Below, piece after piece: positions 29,496 to 39,025 of a stretch of 64,000 bases of DNA. The DNA lies in assembly GCA_964532205.1 (NCBI GenBank), contig CAZHGQ010000001.1, positions 49,962 to 113,961 on the forward strand. The letters are read 5' to 3'. The translations under genes were made by a program, and so were the position numbers. A model generated the notes under the pieces. The model searched no databases and was not told where the DNA came from. It was given only the letters and a program-made list of their open reading frames with translations. Source of the stretch: an uncultured Candidatus Saccharibacteria bacterium (GTDB lineage Bacteria; Patescibacteriota; Minisyncoccia; Phycocordibacterales; JAKAEA01). The first letter of the stretch is position 1. Every line of letters starts with the position of its first letter.

Positions 29496-29816
29496 GTGTT
29501 CAATCGTAGTATATATGTGCGTAACGAAACACAACACAATTTCATAAGAGCTTTCGATACATGCGCGGACGAAATCTTCGCATATTGTTACAAAAAAGTA
29601 GCCCACCATGAGATTGCCACATATCTCACTGGCACAATTTTTACCCGAACATGGGATTATGTTAGCGCAGCTGAACAAGCTGCAGCACTTAGTGTTCGAA
29701 ATTTACGAGCAATTCTAAATTACATCGCTCGTGAAGAACTAAAATTATTTGTTCGACAACAAGAACATCAGCGAAATTACAAAAATAATTTGTGGAGTCT
29801 GACACTGGCTCAGTAA
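29496..29816 (+). CDS. hypothetical protein (GTG start; weak similarity to a sigma-70 region-2-like helix bundle)
   Basis: 106-aa ORF followed by a strong terminator. Confidence 0.3.
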   Translation: MFNRSIYVRNETQHNFIRAFDTCADEIFAYCYKKVAHHEIATYLTGTIFTRTWDYVSAAEQAAALSVRNLRAILNYIAREELKLFVRQQEHQRNYKNNLWSLTLAQ

Positions 29817-29832
29817 CTAAAAGAGTAGAAGA

Positions 29833-29864
29833 AACCGCGAGGCCTCCGGCCTCGCGGTTTTGTT
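29833..29864 (+). terminator. rho-independent terminator
   Basis: AACCGCGAGGCC-tccg-GCCTCGCGGTT followed by TTTGTT. Confidence 0.75.
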
Positions 29865-29908
29865 ATTATTGACCGCTGTAACATTTTGTATTTTGTTTCG
29901 TTATACAC

Positions 29909-29937
29909 ATTGACGGTGAACAATCGTTCACCTATAC
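29909..29937 (+). promoter_or_regulatory. lexA promoter with embedded Cheo-type LexA operator
   Basis: TTGACG (-35, 29909-29914), GTGAACAATCGTTCAC palindrome (29915-29930, GAAC-N4-GTTC), TATACT (-10, 29932-29937); 17-nt spacing. Confidence 0.65.
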
Positions 29938-29962
29938 TTTTTATATCAATTAATCAATCATT

Positions 29963-30538
29963 ATGGTTTCGCTCTACAAAGATAAAATCAAACGCTTCTA
30001 CGACCGTAACCGCATCATGCCCACATACCGGGATATGATGGAAATGTTCGGTCTTAAGTCCAAGAACGCCGTCTTTAAGCTGGTTAATAAGCTCGTGGGC
30101 GAGGGTTATATCGAAAAGGATATAAACGGCCGTTTGGTGCCAACAGATAAGTTCTTGGGCGGTTTAAAGGTTCTCGGTGCTGTTGAAGCCGGTTTCCCAA
30201 CACCGGCTGAAGAAGACTTGGCTGAGAGCATGAGTTTGGACAATTATCTTATTCCAAACAAAGAGGCAACCTTCATGCTCCGAGTCAGCGGCGAATCAAT
30301 GATTGATGCTGGTATCCACCCAGGCGACATGCTGATTGTTGAGCGCCGCACCGATGCCAATGATGGTGACATCGTTGTAGCTTTCACTGATGGTGGTTAC
30401 ACAGTGAAATTTTTACGTAAACGGGCTGGTCGAGTCTGGCTTGAAGCGGCCAACAATGAATTCAGAGACATTGTACCCGCAGACGAGCAAGAGTTACGTA
30501 TTATGGCAGTCGTTAAAGCAGTTATTAGAAAATATTAA
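29963..30538 (+). CDS. lexA: LexA repressor (S24 peptidase)
   Basis: N-terminal wHTH and C-terminal S24 domain with GESM (Ser nucleophile) and the VKFL lysine. Confidence 0.9.
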   Translation: MVSLYKDKIKRFYDRNRIMPTYRDMMEMFGLKSKNAVFKLVNKLVGEGYIEKDINGRLVPTDKFLGGLKVLGAVEAGFPTPAEEDLAESMSLDNYLIPNKEATFMLRVSGESMIDAGIHPGDMLIVERRTDANDGDIVVAFTDGGYTVKFLRKRAGRVWLEAANNEFRDIVPADEQELRIMAVVKAVIRKY

Positions 30539-30547
30539 TCATACACT

Positions 30548-30748
30548 ATGAGCAAATCACAACTTAAATACACTCTTAAGCAGGAATTGCGAAAAGTAAA
30601 TGAGGTTATCGACAAGAAAATTGTGCGCGGTCTTCCATACAATAAAGAGGCCCGCTACCACAAGGTCTTGTTGGCTCGATTATCAGTTATCAATCGCAGC
30701 AGTTTCTTATCACGCATGAAGATGGTCTCAGCCTTTATGGTGTTTTAA
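30548..30748 (+). CDS. small hypothetical protein in the lexA operon
   Basis: 66-aa basic ORF packed between lexA and the DUF45 gene. Confidence 0.35.
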   Translation: MSKSQLKYTLKQELRKVNEVIDKKIVRGLPYNKEARYHKVLLARLSVINRSSFLSRMKMVSAFMVF

Positions 30749-31308
30749 TGACAATGTTGAGCTATAACGATATCCATTATCTTATACGCCGCAGTCATCG
30801 AGCTCGTCGAGCCAGCATTACCGTACACCACACAAAAGGCGTAATCATTACCTTGCCTTTATTGGCGCCGTCATTTGTAGCTGACCGTATTATTTCTCAA
30901 CGCTTACCATGGATCGTCGCTACCCAAAAAAGACTAGAGTCTCGTTTCAGGAACCGAATTATCATCAAGCAGTCGCAACGGGAGTATCAATTAATAAAAT
31001 ACAAAACTCTGTTACTCGTTTTACGACGCCTTGATTATTACAATACCTATTACAAATTACCAATCAGCAATGTCCGTGTTAAAAATTTACAATCACGATG
31101 GGGGAGTTGCTCATCAAAAGCCAACCTCAATTTTAACTACTCTTTGATCCATTTACCTGAACGATTGGTTGATTATGTGGTCGTCCACGAACTCTGTCAT
31201 ATTAAGGAACTCAATCACGGATCACAATTTTGGAATTTGGTGGCCCAAACCATTCCAGATTACCAATTTCGTCGTCAGGAGCTCAAAGAGAAATATTTGC
31301 CGCTGTAA
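30748..31308 (+). CDS. YgjP/DUF45-family metal-dependent hydrolase (HExxH)
   Basis: WGSCSSKANLNFN and VVHELCHIKELNHG motifs typical of DUF45/YgjP. Confidence 0.7.
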   Translation: MTMLSYNDIHYLIRRSHRARRASITVHHTKGVIITLPLLAPSFVADRIISQRLPWIVATQKRLESRFRNRIIIKQSQREYQLIKYKTLLLVLRRLDYYNTYYKLPISNVRVKNLQSRWGSCSSKANLNFNYSLIHLPERLVDYVVVHELCHIKELNHGSQFWNLVAQTIPDYQFRRQELKEKYLPL

Positions 31309-31309
31309 T

Positions 31310-32602
31310 ATGCCGCCATTTTCTCACTACTCATCATTTCCTAAAGCTATTGTTCACGTCGACGGTGATGCCTTTTTTGCCAGCTGCGAAATCGCTCAAA
31401 ATGAATCCCTGCGTGGTAAGCCTGTTGTCACCGGCACTCAAAAAGGTATTGCTACTGCCATTACATACGAGGCTCGAGCTTTGGGCATTTCGCGTGGCAT
31501 GCGGATTTCAGAAATTAAAAAACTCTATCCGCAGGTTATTGTCACTGAATCAAACTATGATCTGTACGGCATAACTGCCCGTCGTGTTTACAACATTGTG
31601 CGCCGCTACACACCAGATGTTGAAGAATACAGTGTCGACGAGTGTTTTGCTGATATCACTGGCATGCGCCACAGCCTGCACATGTCATATCAAGATATCG
31701 CAGCTGCTATTAAACACGATTTAGAAGCTGATTTGGGTATGACATTTTCTGTGGGTTTGGCCCCAACCAAAGTCCTGGCCAAAGTTGCCTCAAAGTGGCA
31801 AAAGCCAGCCGGTTTTACTGTAATTCCGACCAAAAAAATTGCTGAATTTCTTAAACCCATTCCAATAGGGAAGATCTGGGGGATTGGACCTAATACTTCG
31901 GCTTTTTTGCAAAAACATGGCATTACTACTGCCCTACAATTTGCTGAAAAACCGGAATGGTGGGTGAATGAGCATTTGTCTAAGCCCCATAAAGAAATCT
32001 GGCACGAATTACGCGGTGAGCAGGTTATGGATGTGCATGTTTTTAATACCCACAAACACAAATCGATCATGCGCACTCGCACATTTCGACCACCGACGAA
32101 TGATCGTACCTTTTTATTGTCCGAATTAGCTAAAAATGTTGAACAGGCTTGCGAACGACTACGCCGCTATGGTTTGGTAGCTCGTGAAGCTCGAGTTTTT
32201 CTTAAAACTCAGAAAGAATTCCGTTATAAAAATATGGAACTCATATTTGATCAAGCTCTTAACACACCACAATCAATCATGGCACTAATTGAGCAACATA
32301 TATCCAAGATTTATTCATCAGACATAATATATCGCTCATCAGGCATTGTCTTTCACAGTATTACACCGCTCAATGTCGAACAACAAAGCCTGTTTATCAC
32401 GCCACAAACATCAAATATCGGTTCACTCAAAGCAATCTACGAAACAGTTGATGACGTGAACCGTCGCCAAGGTAGTATTGCCGTCTTTTCAGCTCGTAGT
32501 TTGCAGTCTCGCGCCCATCGACGTAGTCAAATTACTTCACCAGACCCCATAATCGCTTTAGCTGAGCGGTTGGGCATACCATATTGGGGCGAAGCTCGAT
32601 AA
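31310..32602 (+). CDS. dinB: Y-family DNA polymerase IV
   Basis: IVHVDGDAFFASCE catalytic motif and SVDECFAD. ATG 31310 sits 1 nt after the DUF45 stop and is in frame with the track ORF. Confidence 0.85.
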   Translation: MPPFSHYSSFPKAIVHVDGDAFFASCEIAQNESLRGKPVVTGTQKGIATAITYEARALGISRGMRISEIKKLYPQVIVTESNYDLYGITARRVYNIVRRYTPDVEEYSVDECFADITGMRHSLHMSYQDIAAAIKHDLEADLGMTFSVGLAPTKVLAKVASKWQKPAGFTVIPTKKIAEFLKPIPIGKIWGIGPNTSAFLQKHGITTALQFAEKPEWWVNEHLSKPHKEIWHELRGEQVMDVHVFNTHKHKSIMRTRTFRPPTNDRTFLLSELAKNVEQACERLRRYGLVAREARVFLKTQKEFRYKNMELIFDQALNTPQSIMALIEQHISKIYSSDIIYRSSGIVFHSITPLNVEQQSLFITPQTSNIGSLKAIYETVDDVNRRQGSIAVFSARSLQSRAHRRSQITSPDPIIALAERLGIPYWGEAR

Positions 32603-32622
32603 TTGCTATTATTAAGAGATAT

Positions 32623-32838
32623 ATGGTTTACCCAACCAAAGAGCATCGTAACGAATTATTGGTACGCAAACGTATAAGTAATCCAAAAACGTGGTCCTGG
32701 GGTAAACTCGGCCAACATTTTGCTATTCATCGTTCAGTCGCTAAAGAAATTTTTATGCGCGACTTGGAAAAATTCGCTACAGAAGAGGAGATAGAGCGCT
32801 ATCAAAAATTTGTACTCAAGTATTTACCTGGTCAATAA
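32623..32838 (+). CDS. small hypothetical protein
   Basis: 71 aa from ATG 32623 with an AAGAGA SD-like element; the track ORF starts earlier inside dinB. Confidence 0.3.
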   Translation: MVYPTKEHRNELLVRKRISNPKTWSWGKLGQHFAIHRSVAKEIFMRDLEKFATEEEIERYQKFVLKYLPGQ

Positions 32839-32889
32839 AATATGCTATTATAACAAAGGCGTCACAGAGTTCTTTTATGGGAGTTCGTT

Positions 32890-33129
32890 ATGTCTTTCCA
32901 CAATGTTCCTTCAGTATCGGGTAGTGGAGAGCGTAGGGATTCCTTTGCACATCTTAGACATGTGCGGGCCGAGATTAAAAGCCTAACACCTGAAAAGGCG
33001 TTGGCTGAGTATAGCCTGCTTCTGGCTCAAGGAAGCGATTTCGGAAATCCGAATGATATGGACAATGATCCACGTCTTCGGTTTCTCGAACATCGTATCC
33101 GTGAGATCAAGAGAGGAGGTTATAACTAA
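32890..33129 (+). CDS. small hypothetical protein
   Basis: 79-aa ORF followed by hairpin CGAGCCC-ccgac-GGGCTCG + T8 (about 33158-33188). Confidence 0.35.
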   Translation: MSFHNVPSVSGSGERRDSFAHLRHVRAEIKSLTPEKALAEYSLLLAQGSDFGNPNDMDNDPRLRFLEHRIREIKRGGYN

Positions 33130-33933
33130 CTCATGAGCCCGCTTCGTTCCGACACACACGAGCCCCCGACCGGGCTCGTTTTTTTTACAGAAAAATCTTT
33201 TTAAACATTTTTTCTTACTGGAAATAAAAATACCCCAACAAGTGTAGGGTCTTCAATTTTTAAGCCGATCAACTGGTCAGGTGGCAGTGGTCAAAGAACC
33301 CAACAAATCATAGGTTTGAGCGGTTTATAGGCAAATATAATTAATAGACAATATTTGAGAAACACACCATTGAGTGGTTGATGGTTAGGTACATATAACT
33401 CATATAAACAACTAACCATAGGCTAGGTAAACCTCGTTGCAGATCATTGCAACTATGTAGAGTCTATACGAACCACATTTACTCAGCTATATGGTTCGTA
33501 AAAGATATATTGTGCGAACTATACTCTAGGGAGTAAGATGGGTCCCCTAAAAGTTATCCACAGGTCACTAATTTTTAAATAATATGTCAAGGATCTGGTT
33601 TTTAAAAAATGTTTGGCAAAATTTATTTATATTATTTTAGAATAATTAATTAGAAAACCAAATTAATTATTCTAATTATTTTGCTAGTGCCTTTGTGTAT
33701 AAAAACTTAACCCCTTCCCTTTTTTTGGCCTGGGGGGTGGGGTTGTGATGCAACCGATATATCTTTAATGATATAGTGACCCCTTTTACAAAAAGCTGTG
33801 ATGCGATCTTTATCTCGAATTACATATTGCAGCCATTTTAAGCATCCGAGTATAAAGATACAAAACGTTGAGATTATAAAACTCGCTGTTATATCAACCT
33901 TGATATATAACTCGTGATATACAACTATGAATA

Positions 33934-35031
33934 TTATTTGAGCGTTTTAGTAACGAGATTAGGAGTTGTTGAGGCAGTCACAACGGTAAACTGAACACGG
34001 CCAATCTTTTGACCATTTAACGTCTCAACATCAACGCGCCATTTGCCCGGCATTAAACTAGCTTTCTGCGAATAGGTACGGTACCCTTCACCACGACCAC
34101 CAAATATTGGCAGCTTAACCGTATTTTGTGTAACCCAATGTTTTGTTTGTTCATTGTAACGCTGCCAACTATGAACAATGGTTGTATTTAAACTTGTCGG
34201 TGAGAATACTGCGCTGTACACATATGCCGTCTCGCCTGGAACAGCTTGAAATGTTTTAGAAAAAGAAAAATACTCAAGAAAGGCATTGCGTGGCTCGGTC
34301 GTGACTTCATATTCACCGTCATGATTGCGTACAACAGCGTGATAAACCCCAGCATCTTTTAGCGATAAAGGTAGTGGTGGAATAAGGTTGGTAAAGTACA
34401 AAGTGTTAATGATCGCCGTAATGAAAATAATACTTACAAAGATACCAATTCTACTTTGGTTATATTGTTGAGTATTAAAATATCGCAACGATGACACAAA
34501 GAACGCTATTGATATCAAACTCACGATACCAGCTAGAATAAATGAAAAGACACCAATTGAGTGCACCACGATTGGCACAATAAAAATGAAGAAGGCATAG
34601 ATCGACAAGAACAGCATGCCGATTTGAAATGTTAAGCGAGAGTAGCGATGCTTGAGTAATTCATTGGCCGTAAAAGCTAGACATAGTAAAAGCAAAAATG
34701 GCCAGCTAGCCGAAAGTGTGGCACTACGGAAATAAAAGACCAGCACAGCACTCAACAAACCACCGAATGCAAACTGGATAGCAATAATCAACCAGAAGTG
34801 CATCTTGCTATAGTGTCGACTATTCTTTTTGGTGGCCTCCACGTAATTAATAAGCAGCATGGCCACAGCAGCAATCAATAAGTGACCGCCAACCCAAACA
34901 TTCTCCCAGAGTTTATCGACTCGCTCCAAAGCAATAAAATCAAAAATGAAACCGCCAACTAGCGACAATGAGGAGATTAATCGCTCATTGCGTAAATAAA
35001 AATCTTTAACTGGTTGAATAATTCGTCTCAT
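33934..35031 (-). CDS. hypothetical membrane protein (multi-TM N-terminus, extracytoplasmic C-terminal domain)
   Basis: 365 aa, about 8 TM helices then a soluble domain. Confidence 0.5.
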   Translation of the reverse strand: MRRIIQPVKDFYLRNERLISSLSLVGGFIFDFIALERVDKLWENVWVGGHLLIAAVAMLLINYVEATKKNSRHYSKMHFWLIIAIQFAFGGLLSAVLVFYFRSATLSASWPFLLLLCLAFTANELLKHRYSRLTFQIGMLFLSIYAFFIFIVPIVVHSIGVFSFILAGIVSLISIAFFVSSLRYFNTQQYNQSRIGIFVSIIFITAIINTLYFTNLIPPLPLSLKDAGVYHAVVRNHDGEYEVTTEPRNAFLEYFSFSKTFQAVPGETAYVYSAVFSPTSLNTTIVHSWQRYNEQTKHWVTQNTVKLPIFGGRGEGYRTYSQKASLMPGKWRVDVETLNGQKIGRVQFTVVTASTTPNLVTKTLK

Positions 35032-35036
35032 GGCAT

Positions 35037-35651
35037 TTATTGGAGTAACTCTTTCACAATCGGATAAAACCGATCAGCCATTACCACATAACCCACATCG
35101 TTGGGATGAACGCTATCAGACATGTACTGCGGCTTATTGATAATACCCGTCAGAACATTTGGTACATAGGCGGTATGATATGTCTCAGCCAAACGTTTAA
35201 ACTCCGACTTGTACATATCGGTAAAAATACCGCCCTGAATGCCGCCAAGCACCACAATGGCACCGGCATTTTGTAATTTCATAATAATCTGTTCAATATT
35301 TTTAAACGTTTCGATCTGCGGCACGTGCTGGAGTGCATCATTTCCACCAATAACGACAATGACAATTTTGGGATTATAGTCGATCACATCCTGCACCCGG
35401 GCTAGGGCATCAGCAGAAGTATCCCCACTTACTCCCTCATTAATAATCGGCACCTTAAGCTTTTGTGACAAAACCGAGACATAATTTGCGTCAGGGGCTG
35501 AAGCACCAACACCCGACGTCAAACTATCACCAAAAGCCACAATCGTGCTACCCTTTGAGGGATAATTTGTAATTGGTTGTTTTCGATTAATATACAAAAA
35601 ACCACCAATTACGATAGCTACTATAAGTCCTAGGCCAACAATTTTATTCAT
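35037..35651 (-). CDS. SGNH/GDSL hydrolase (lipase/acylesterase-like)
   Basis: Block I FGDSLTSG, block III GGNDA, block V DSVHPN; N-terminal TM anchor. Confidence 0.8.
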   Translation of the reverse strand: MNKIVGLGLIVAIVIGGFLYINRKQPITNYPSKGSTIVAFGDSLTSGVGASAPDANYVSVLSQKLKVPIINEGVSGDTSADALARVQDVIDYNPKIVIVVIGGNDALQHVPQIETFKNIEQIIMKLQNAGAIVVLGGIQGGIFTDMYKSEFKRLAETYHTAYVPNVLTGIINKPQYMSDSVHPNDVGYVVMADRFYPIVKELLQ

Positions 35652-36403
35652 TGTGATAAATAATGGGTTCGTAGAGCGGGTGTAAAACGCTCAATTGCAT
35701 ACCGCAGTGTTGTCCGCGGCATATGATTAACGTGTTCGTCCAAGTATGAACGCAACACTGCTACATCCCGCTTCCCAACTTCACGCAACATCCAACCAAC
35801 GGCCTTGTGAATTAAATCATGAGTATCTGATAACAGTATTGTAGCAATCTTTAAGGTATCAGTGAATGAATTACAAACAATAAATGCGTGGGTGGCCACA
35901 ATAGCAATACGTCGCTCCCAGATATTTTTTGACACAGCCAGGGAATAGAGTTTTTGACGAGGTTTATCGAGCAAGTATTCCCCCACCACTGTCCGGGCTG
36001 ATAAATCAACTAAATCCCAATTATTTATCCGTGCAGTGTGTGACAAATAAAATGTATAGACAGCCTTGGCATTTATTTTGGCTTGGATGACAAGAATTTC
36101 CAAAGCACACAAACGGCATTCATGGACTTTGTGTTGTAACAGTTTTTTCACTTCTAACAATGCCAAATCTTTATACCGGGTAGCAATCGTTCTAACCTGA
36201 GGCACCGAGAGACCCCAAAATATATCCCCTGCCCCGTATTCACCTGGCTTAATTTTAAAATAGCCAGCTAAAGACTTGGCCTTCTTCGTGTTCTTGTATT
36301 TACCAATTTCTTTGACGACATCTGTCGCTTTCATATTAAAGTAACCTAAATAATTCGCTGTGAATATTAGACTCAGGAACACCGCGTTTTTTGGCCTGAT
36401 CAA
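35648..36403 (-). CDS. DNA alkylation repair enzyme family (AlkC/AlkD-like HEAT-repeat glycosylase)
   Basis: Matches the DNA_alkylation family pattern (SLAGYFKIKPGEYGAGDIFWGLSVPQVRTIA). True start may be MKATDVV near 36334. Confidence 0.65.
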   Translation of the reverse strand: MIRPKNAVFLSLIFTANYLGYFNMKATDVVKEIGKYKNTKKAKSLAGYFKIKPGEYGAGDIFWGLSVPQVRTIATRYKDLALLEVKKLLQHKVHECRLCALEILVIQAKINAKAVYTFYLSHTARINNWDLVDLSARTVVGEYLLDKPRQKLYSLAVSKNIWERRIAIVATHAFIVCNSFTDTLKIATILLSDTHDLIHKAVGWMLREVGKRDVAVLRSYLDEHVNHMPRTTLRYAIERFTPALRTHYLSQ

Positions 36404-37643
36404 TCAAAGCAGTCATCATACCAGCTGGGCCACAAATAAAAATACTTGTATCAGCTAATGACACAGTTTTAGTAATTGCCTCAATAGAAATAAAACCGTC
36501 GCGCGGAGTCAACCAAAAGTGAACATTAATATTCGGTTGTTGCTGGACAATTGCTTCTAATTCGGACTTGAAAACCCAGTCTTGTTCATATTGTGCTGAG
36601 AAAAAGAGATCGACTGAATATTCGCTGCTGTGGGTATCACGCAAAGTTCGAGCCATGCCAATAAATGGTGTAATGCCAATTCCGCCAGCAATCCAAATTT
36701 GTTTTTTGTGAGCCGCCAGAGTGTAAGTAAAGCCTCCAAACGGCCCTTGAATTAATGCACTCGCACCGGGTTTAAGTGTTTTGAGTTTCTGAGTGAAATC
36801 ACCAATTGCTTTAGCCGAGATTCGCAACTGCCCCTCATGAGGTGATGCGGTGATTGAAAATGGGTGGTCTTCATTGGGAAAACCTTTTTGCACAAAACGC
36901 ACAAAAATAAACTGACCAGCCTTAAATGCAACTGGCTGTTGTGGTTGCATCACTACTTCGGTAACCAAACCATTTAAATCTGTAACAGCGGTCACGTTCG
37001 CTTTAATATGATAAGCCAACCACCGACGTAATACCGTGCGCCAGACCCAGCTTATAAAAGCTAGTACCAATAATGTCAGTACATACCATCGCAATGGTTG
37101 AAAACGGCCGATATCTGAACCGATTAAGTAAGCATGCAGGGCGCCGACGAAGAAAAAGGCACCGAGGTAAATGTGAATATGTTTAAGCCATTCATAGCTG
37201 TAACGCTTACTAAAGAAAAGTGTATTGATAATAATAAGCGACATACCAACAATAGCAATCTTGCCCAACGTCAATTGTATATATGTGAAATCAAAAAAGA
37301 ATTTCACAATATCCCAGAGCGTTTCTTGGTAAACATTGTAAAGAATCAAAGCCACGTGACCGAGCAGTAAATAAAGGGCCATCTTCCCCATTCGATAATG
37401 GAAGTCATACAATTTATCCAAACCGTAAAACAGTCGATCGAAGAATTTATAGCGACCAGACAACAAAAGATTACCAGCATAAAAACACACGCCCACAACT
37501 CCCAAAACTCTAGCCAACAAGCCGGCTACAGCCGAGACAGAAGAAATAGATAAAGGCCACACAGCCCACAGCCATAATGACAGCGGGATGAGGCCAAAGA
37601 CTAGATAAAAGAAGTATTTTCCGCGACGCTCACGGATATGCAT
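36336..37643 (-). CDS. ferric reductase-like transmembrane domain fused to FNR-type FAD/NAD(P)-binding oxidoreductase
   Basis: 6-TM N-terminus, then HPFSITASP (FNR-like FAD motif) and a C-terminal NAD-binding GPAGMM-type region. Confidence 0.72.
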   Translation of the reverse strand: MHIRERRGKYFFYLVFGLIPLSLWLWAVWPLSISSVSAVAGLLARVLGVVGVCFYAGNLLLSGRYKFFDRLFYGLDKLYDFHYRMGKMALYLLLGHVALILYNVYQETLWDIVKFFFDFTYIQLTLGKIAIVGMSLIIINTLFFSKRYSYEWLKHIHIYLGAFFFVGALHAYLIGSDIGRFQPLRWYVLTLLVLAFISWVWRTVLRRWLAYHIKANVTAVTDLNGLVTEVVMQPQQPVAFKAGQFIFVRFVQKGFPNEDHPFSITASPHEGQLRISAKAIGDFTQKLKTLKPGASALIQGPFGGFTYTLAAHKKQIWIAGGIGITPFIGMARTLRDTHSSEYSVDLFFSAQYEQDWVFKSELEAIVQQQPNINVHFWLTPRDGFISIEAITKTVSLADTSIFICGPAGMMTALIDQAKKRGVPESNIHSELFRLL

Positions 37644-37644
37644 G

Positions 37645-38052
37645 TTATTGAGCTAGATCACCGATATAATAGTTTTCGAGTGATTCTCGAGCTTCACGTG
37701 GATGTGGTGTACCATTACCGCGAGTATTAAAGAGTTTAGTGCCATCTTTACCACAAGCCTGTGTAATTGCTACTCCACCTGGGTGAGTTGGAACCGCTGC
37801 CGCAATATCATAAACCTTGCCGGAAATTACTGTCCAGCAGTCGGCAGCAGTAGCGTGAGCCGCCACTTCTGACAAAGTATATGTTTTAGCGGTCGGGGTT
37901 GTATCGAAGTTTTGAGGTGTTTGAGATGTTTGTTCAGTTGTATTTTGAACGACTGAGGTAGGACGGGTCATTGACCAGACAACACCAGCAATAATAAGAA
38001 CAATAATGATGCCGGCAATCCACCAGCCTAATTTACTTTTTTGTGTTTCCAT
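37645..38052 (-). CDS. membrane-anchored cytochrome b5-like heme-binding domain protein
   Basis: N-terminal TM helix, then a b5-like core with HPGG (VPTHPGGVAITQACGKDGT). Confidence 0.6.
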   Translation of the reverse strand: METQKSKLGWWIAGIIIVLIIAGVVWSMTRPTSVVQNTTEQTSQTPQNFDTTPTAKTYTLSEVAAHATAADCWTVISGKVYDIAAAVPTHPGGVAITQACGKDGTKLFNTRGNGTPHPREARESLENYYIGDLAQ

Positions 38053-38109
38053 AAATAAAAAATGTGCTTATACACTATAGTATACAGCACTTTGCCCGGT
38101 TTTGGTGCA

Positions 38110-38607
38110 CTATTTGAAAGCTAGCGGCTCAGAAACCTTCTTGATCCAACACTGTTTCGATTCATTCCAATGGTGTAGACCAGACTTTGTGGCAATCTTT
38201 AAGCCACACCGCATATTATCTTTTGGATCAAAGACATTACCTTCACAAGCAAAGCTGTCCCAAGTACCATCAATAATCTGCAGCAGACCCTTGGCCGAAC
38301 TATTTGGGTTCTTAGCCTTGGGATTATTCTCTGATTCACACTGAGCAATGGCCGCCAAGATCAAACCGACATCCTGACCAACGGGTATAGGCATGTAGCG
38401 AACCTTACCTGTTTTTGGCACAGGATAACGCTCAAACGCCTGGGTTAGAGTTGAAACCTCTATGGATGAGGTCGGGGGTGTAATCGCTGAGACTGTTGGA
38501 ACTGTTGTGGCAGCTGCTTCAGTGTAGCGGATATCAGTAAATGTGCCCGGAAAGCCTATACCTAGCGCTATCACGGCCATTACCAGAGTTAGGGGGTATG
38601 TTTTCAT
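38110..38607 (-). CDS. lytic transglycosylase-like (SLT / lysozyme-like) secreted protein
   Basis: AIAQCESENN...GLLQI resembles the SLT E-S...GLMQ catalytic region. Start MKTYPL at 38607 has a GGAGGGG SD. Confidence 0.6.
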   Translation of the reverse strand: MKTYPLTLVMAVIALGIGFPGTFTDIRYTEAAATTVPTVSAITPPTSSIEVSTLTQAFERYPVPKTGKVRYMPIPVGQDVGLILAAIAQCESENNPKAKNPNSSAKGLLQIIDGTWDSFACEGNVFDPKDNMRCGLKIATKSGLHHWNESKQCWIKKVSEPLAFK

Positions 38608-38747
38608 ACGGCAACCCCTCCATAGGGGTAGACAAGGAACAATGGTAGCACCTTGCCTGCCGGATCGGTATATTGACAAAAATTTAGTCTCTCGGCTGGT
38701 TTTTGGCCGATTTTGTCATTTTTTACCAAGTTTTAGACCACAAATCC

Positions 38748-39023
38748 TTAGTCTAAGTCAAAAGTTAAGCTCTGGAGGTGCTTTTCTTCTTCGGCCAAGA
38801 CAGTCTGCCAAAGTTCGTGGTTATTTGTTTCTACCGCTTCCTTCTTCTGTTTGCGGTTATCGTTGACGGTTATCAGCATTTTTGGCTCCTTTTCAAAAAG
38901 TTGAGCCGGGTGAGCCAGATTTGGTTCAGAGATCTCGGCAAAAATAGCTATGAGATCAAACTTGTCCTGTGGTTCGAGTTTTGAGGCATCGATACAAGCC
39001 TTGATGCGATCGAAATTACTCAT
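38748..39023 (-). CDS. small hypothetical acidic protein
   Basis: 91-aa ORF translationally coupled to the upstream gene. Confidence 0.35.
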   Translation of the reverse strand: MSNFDRIKACIDASKLEPQDKFDLIAIFAEISEPNLAHPAQLFEKEPKMLITVNDNRKQKKEAVETNNHELWQTVLAEEEKHLQSLTFDLD

Positions 39024-39025
39024 AA

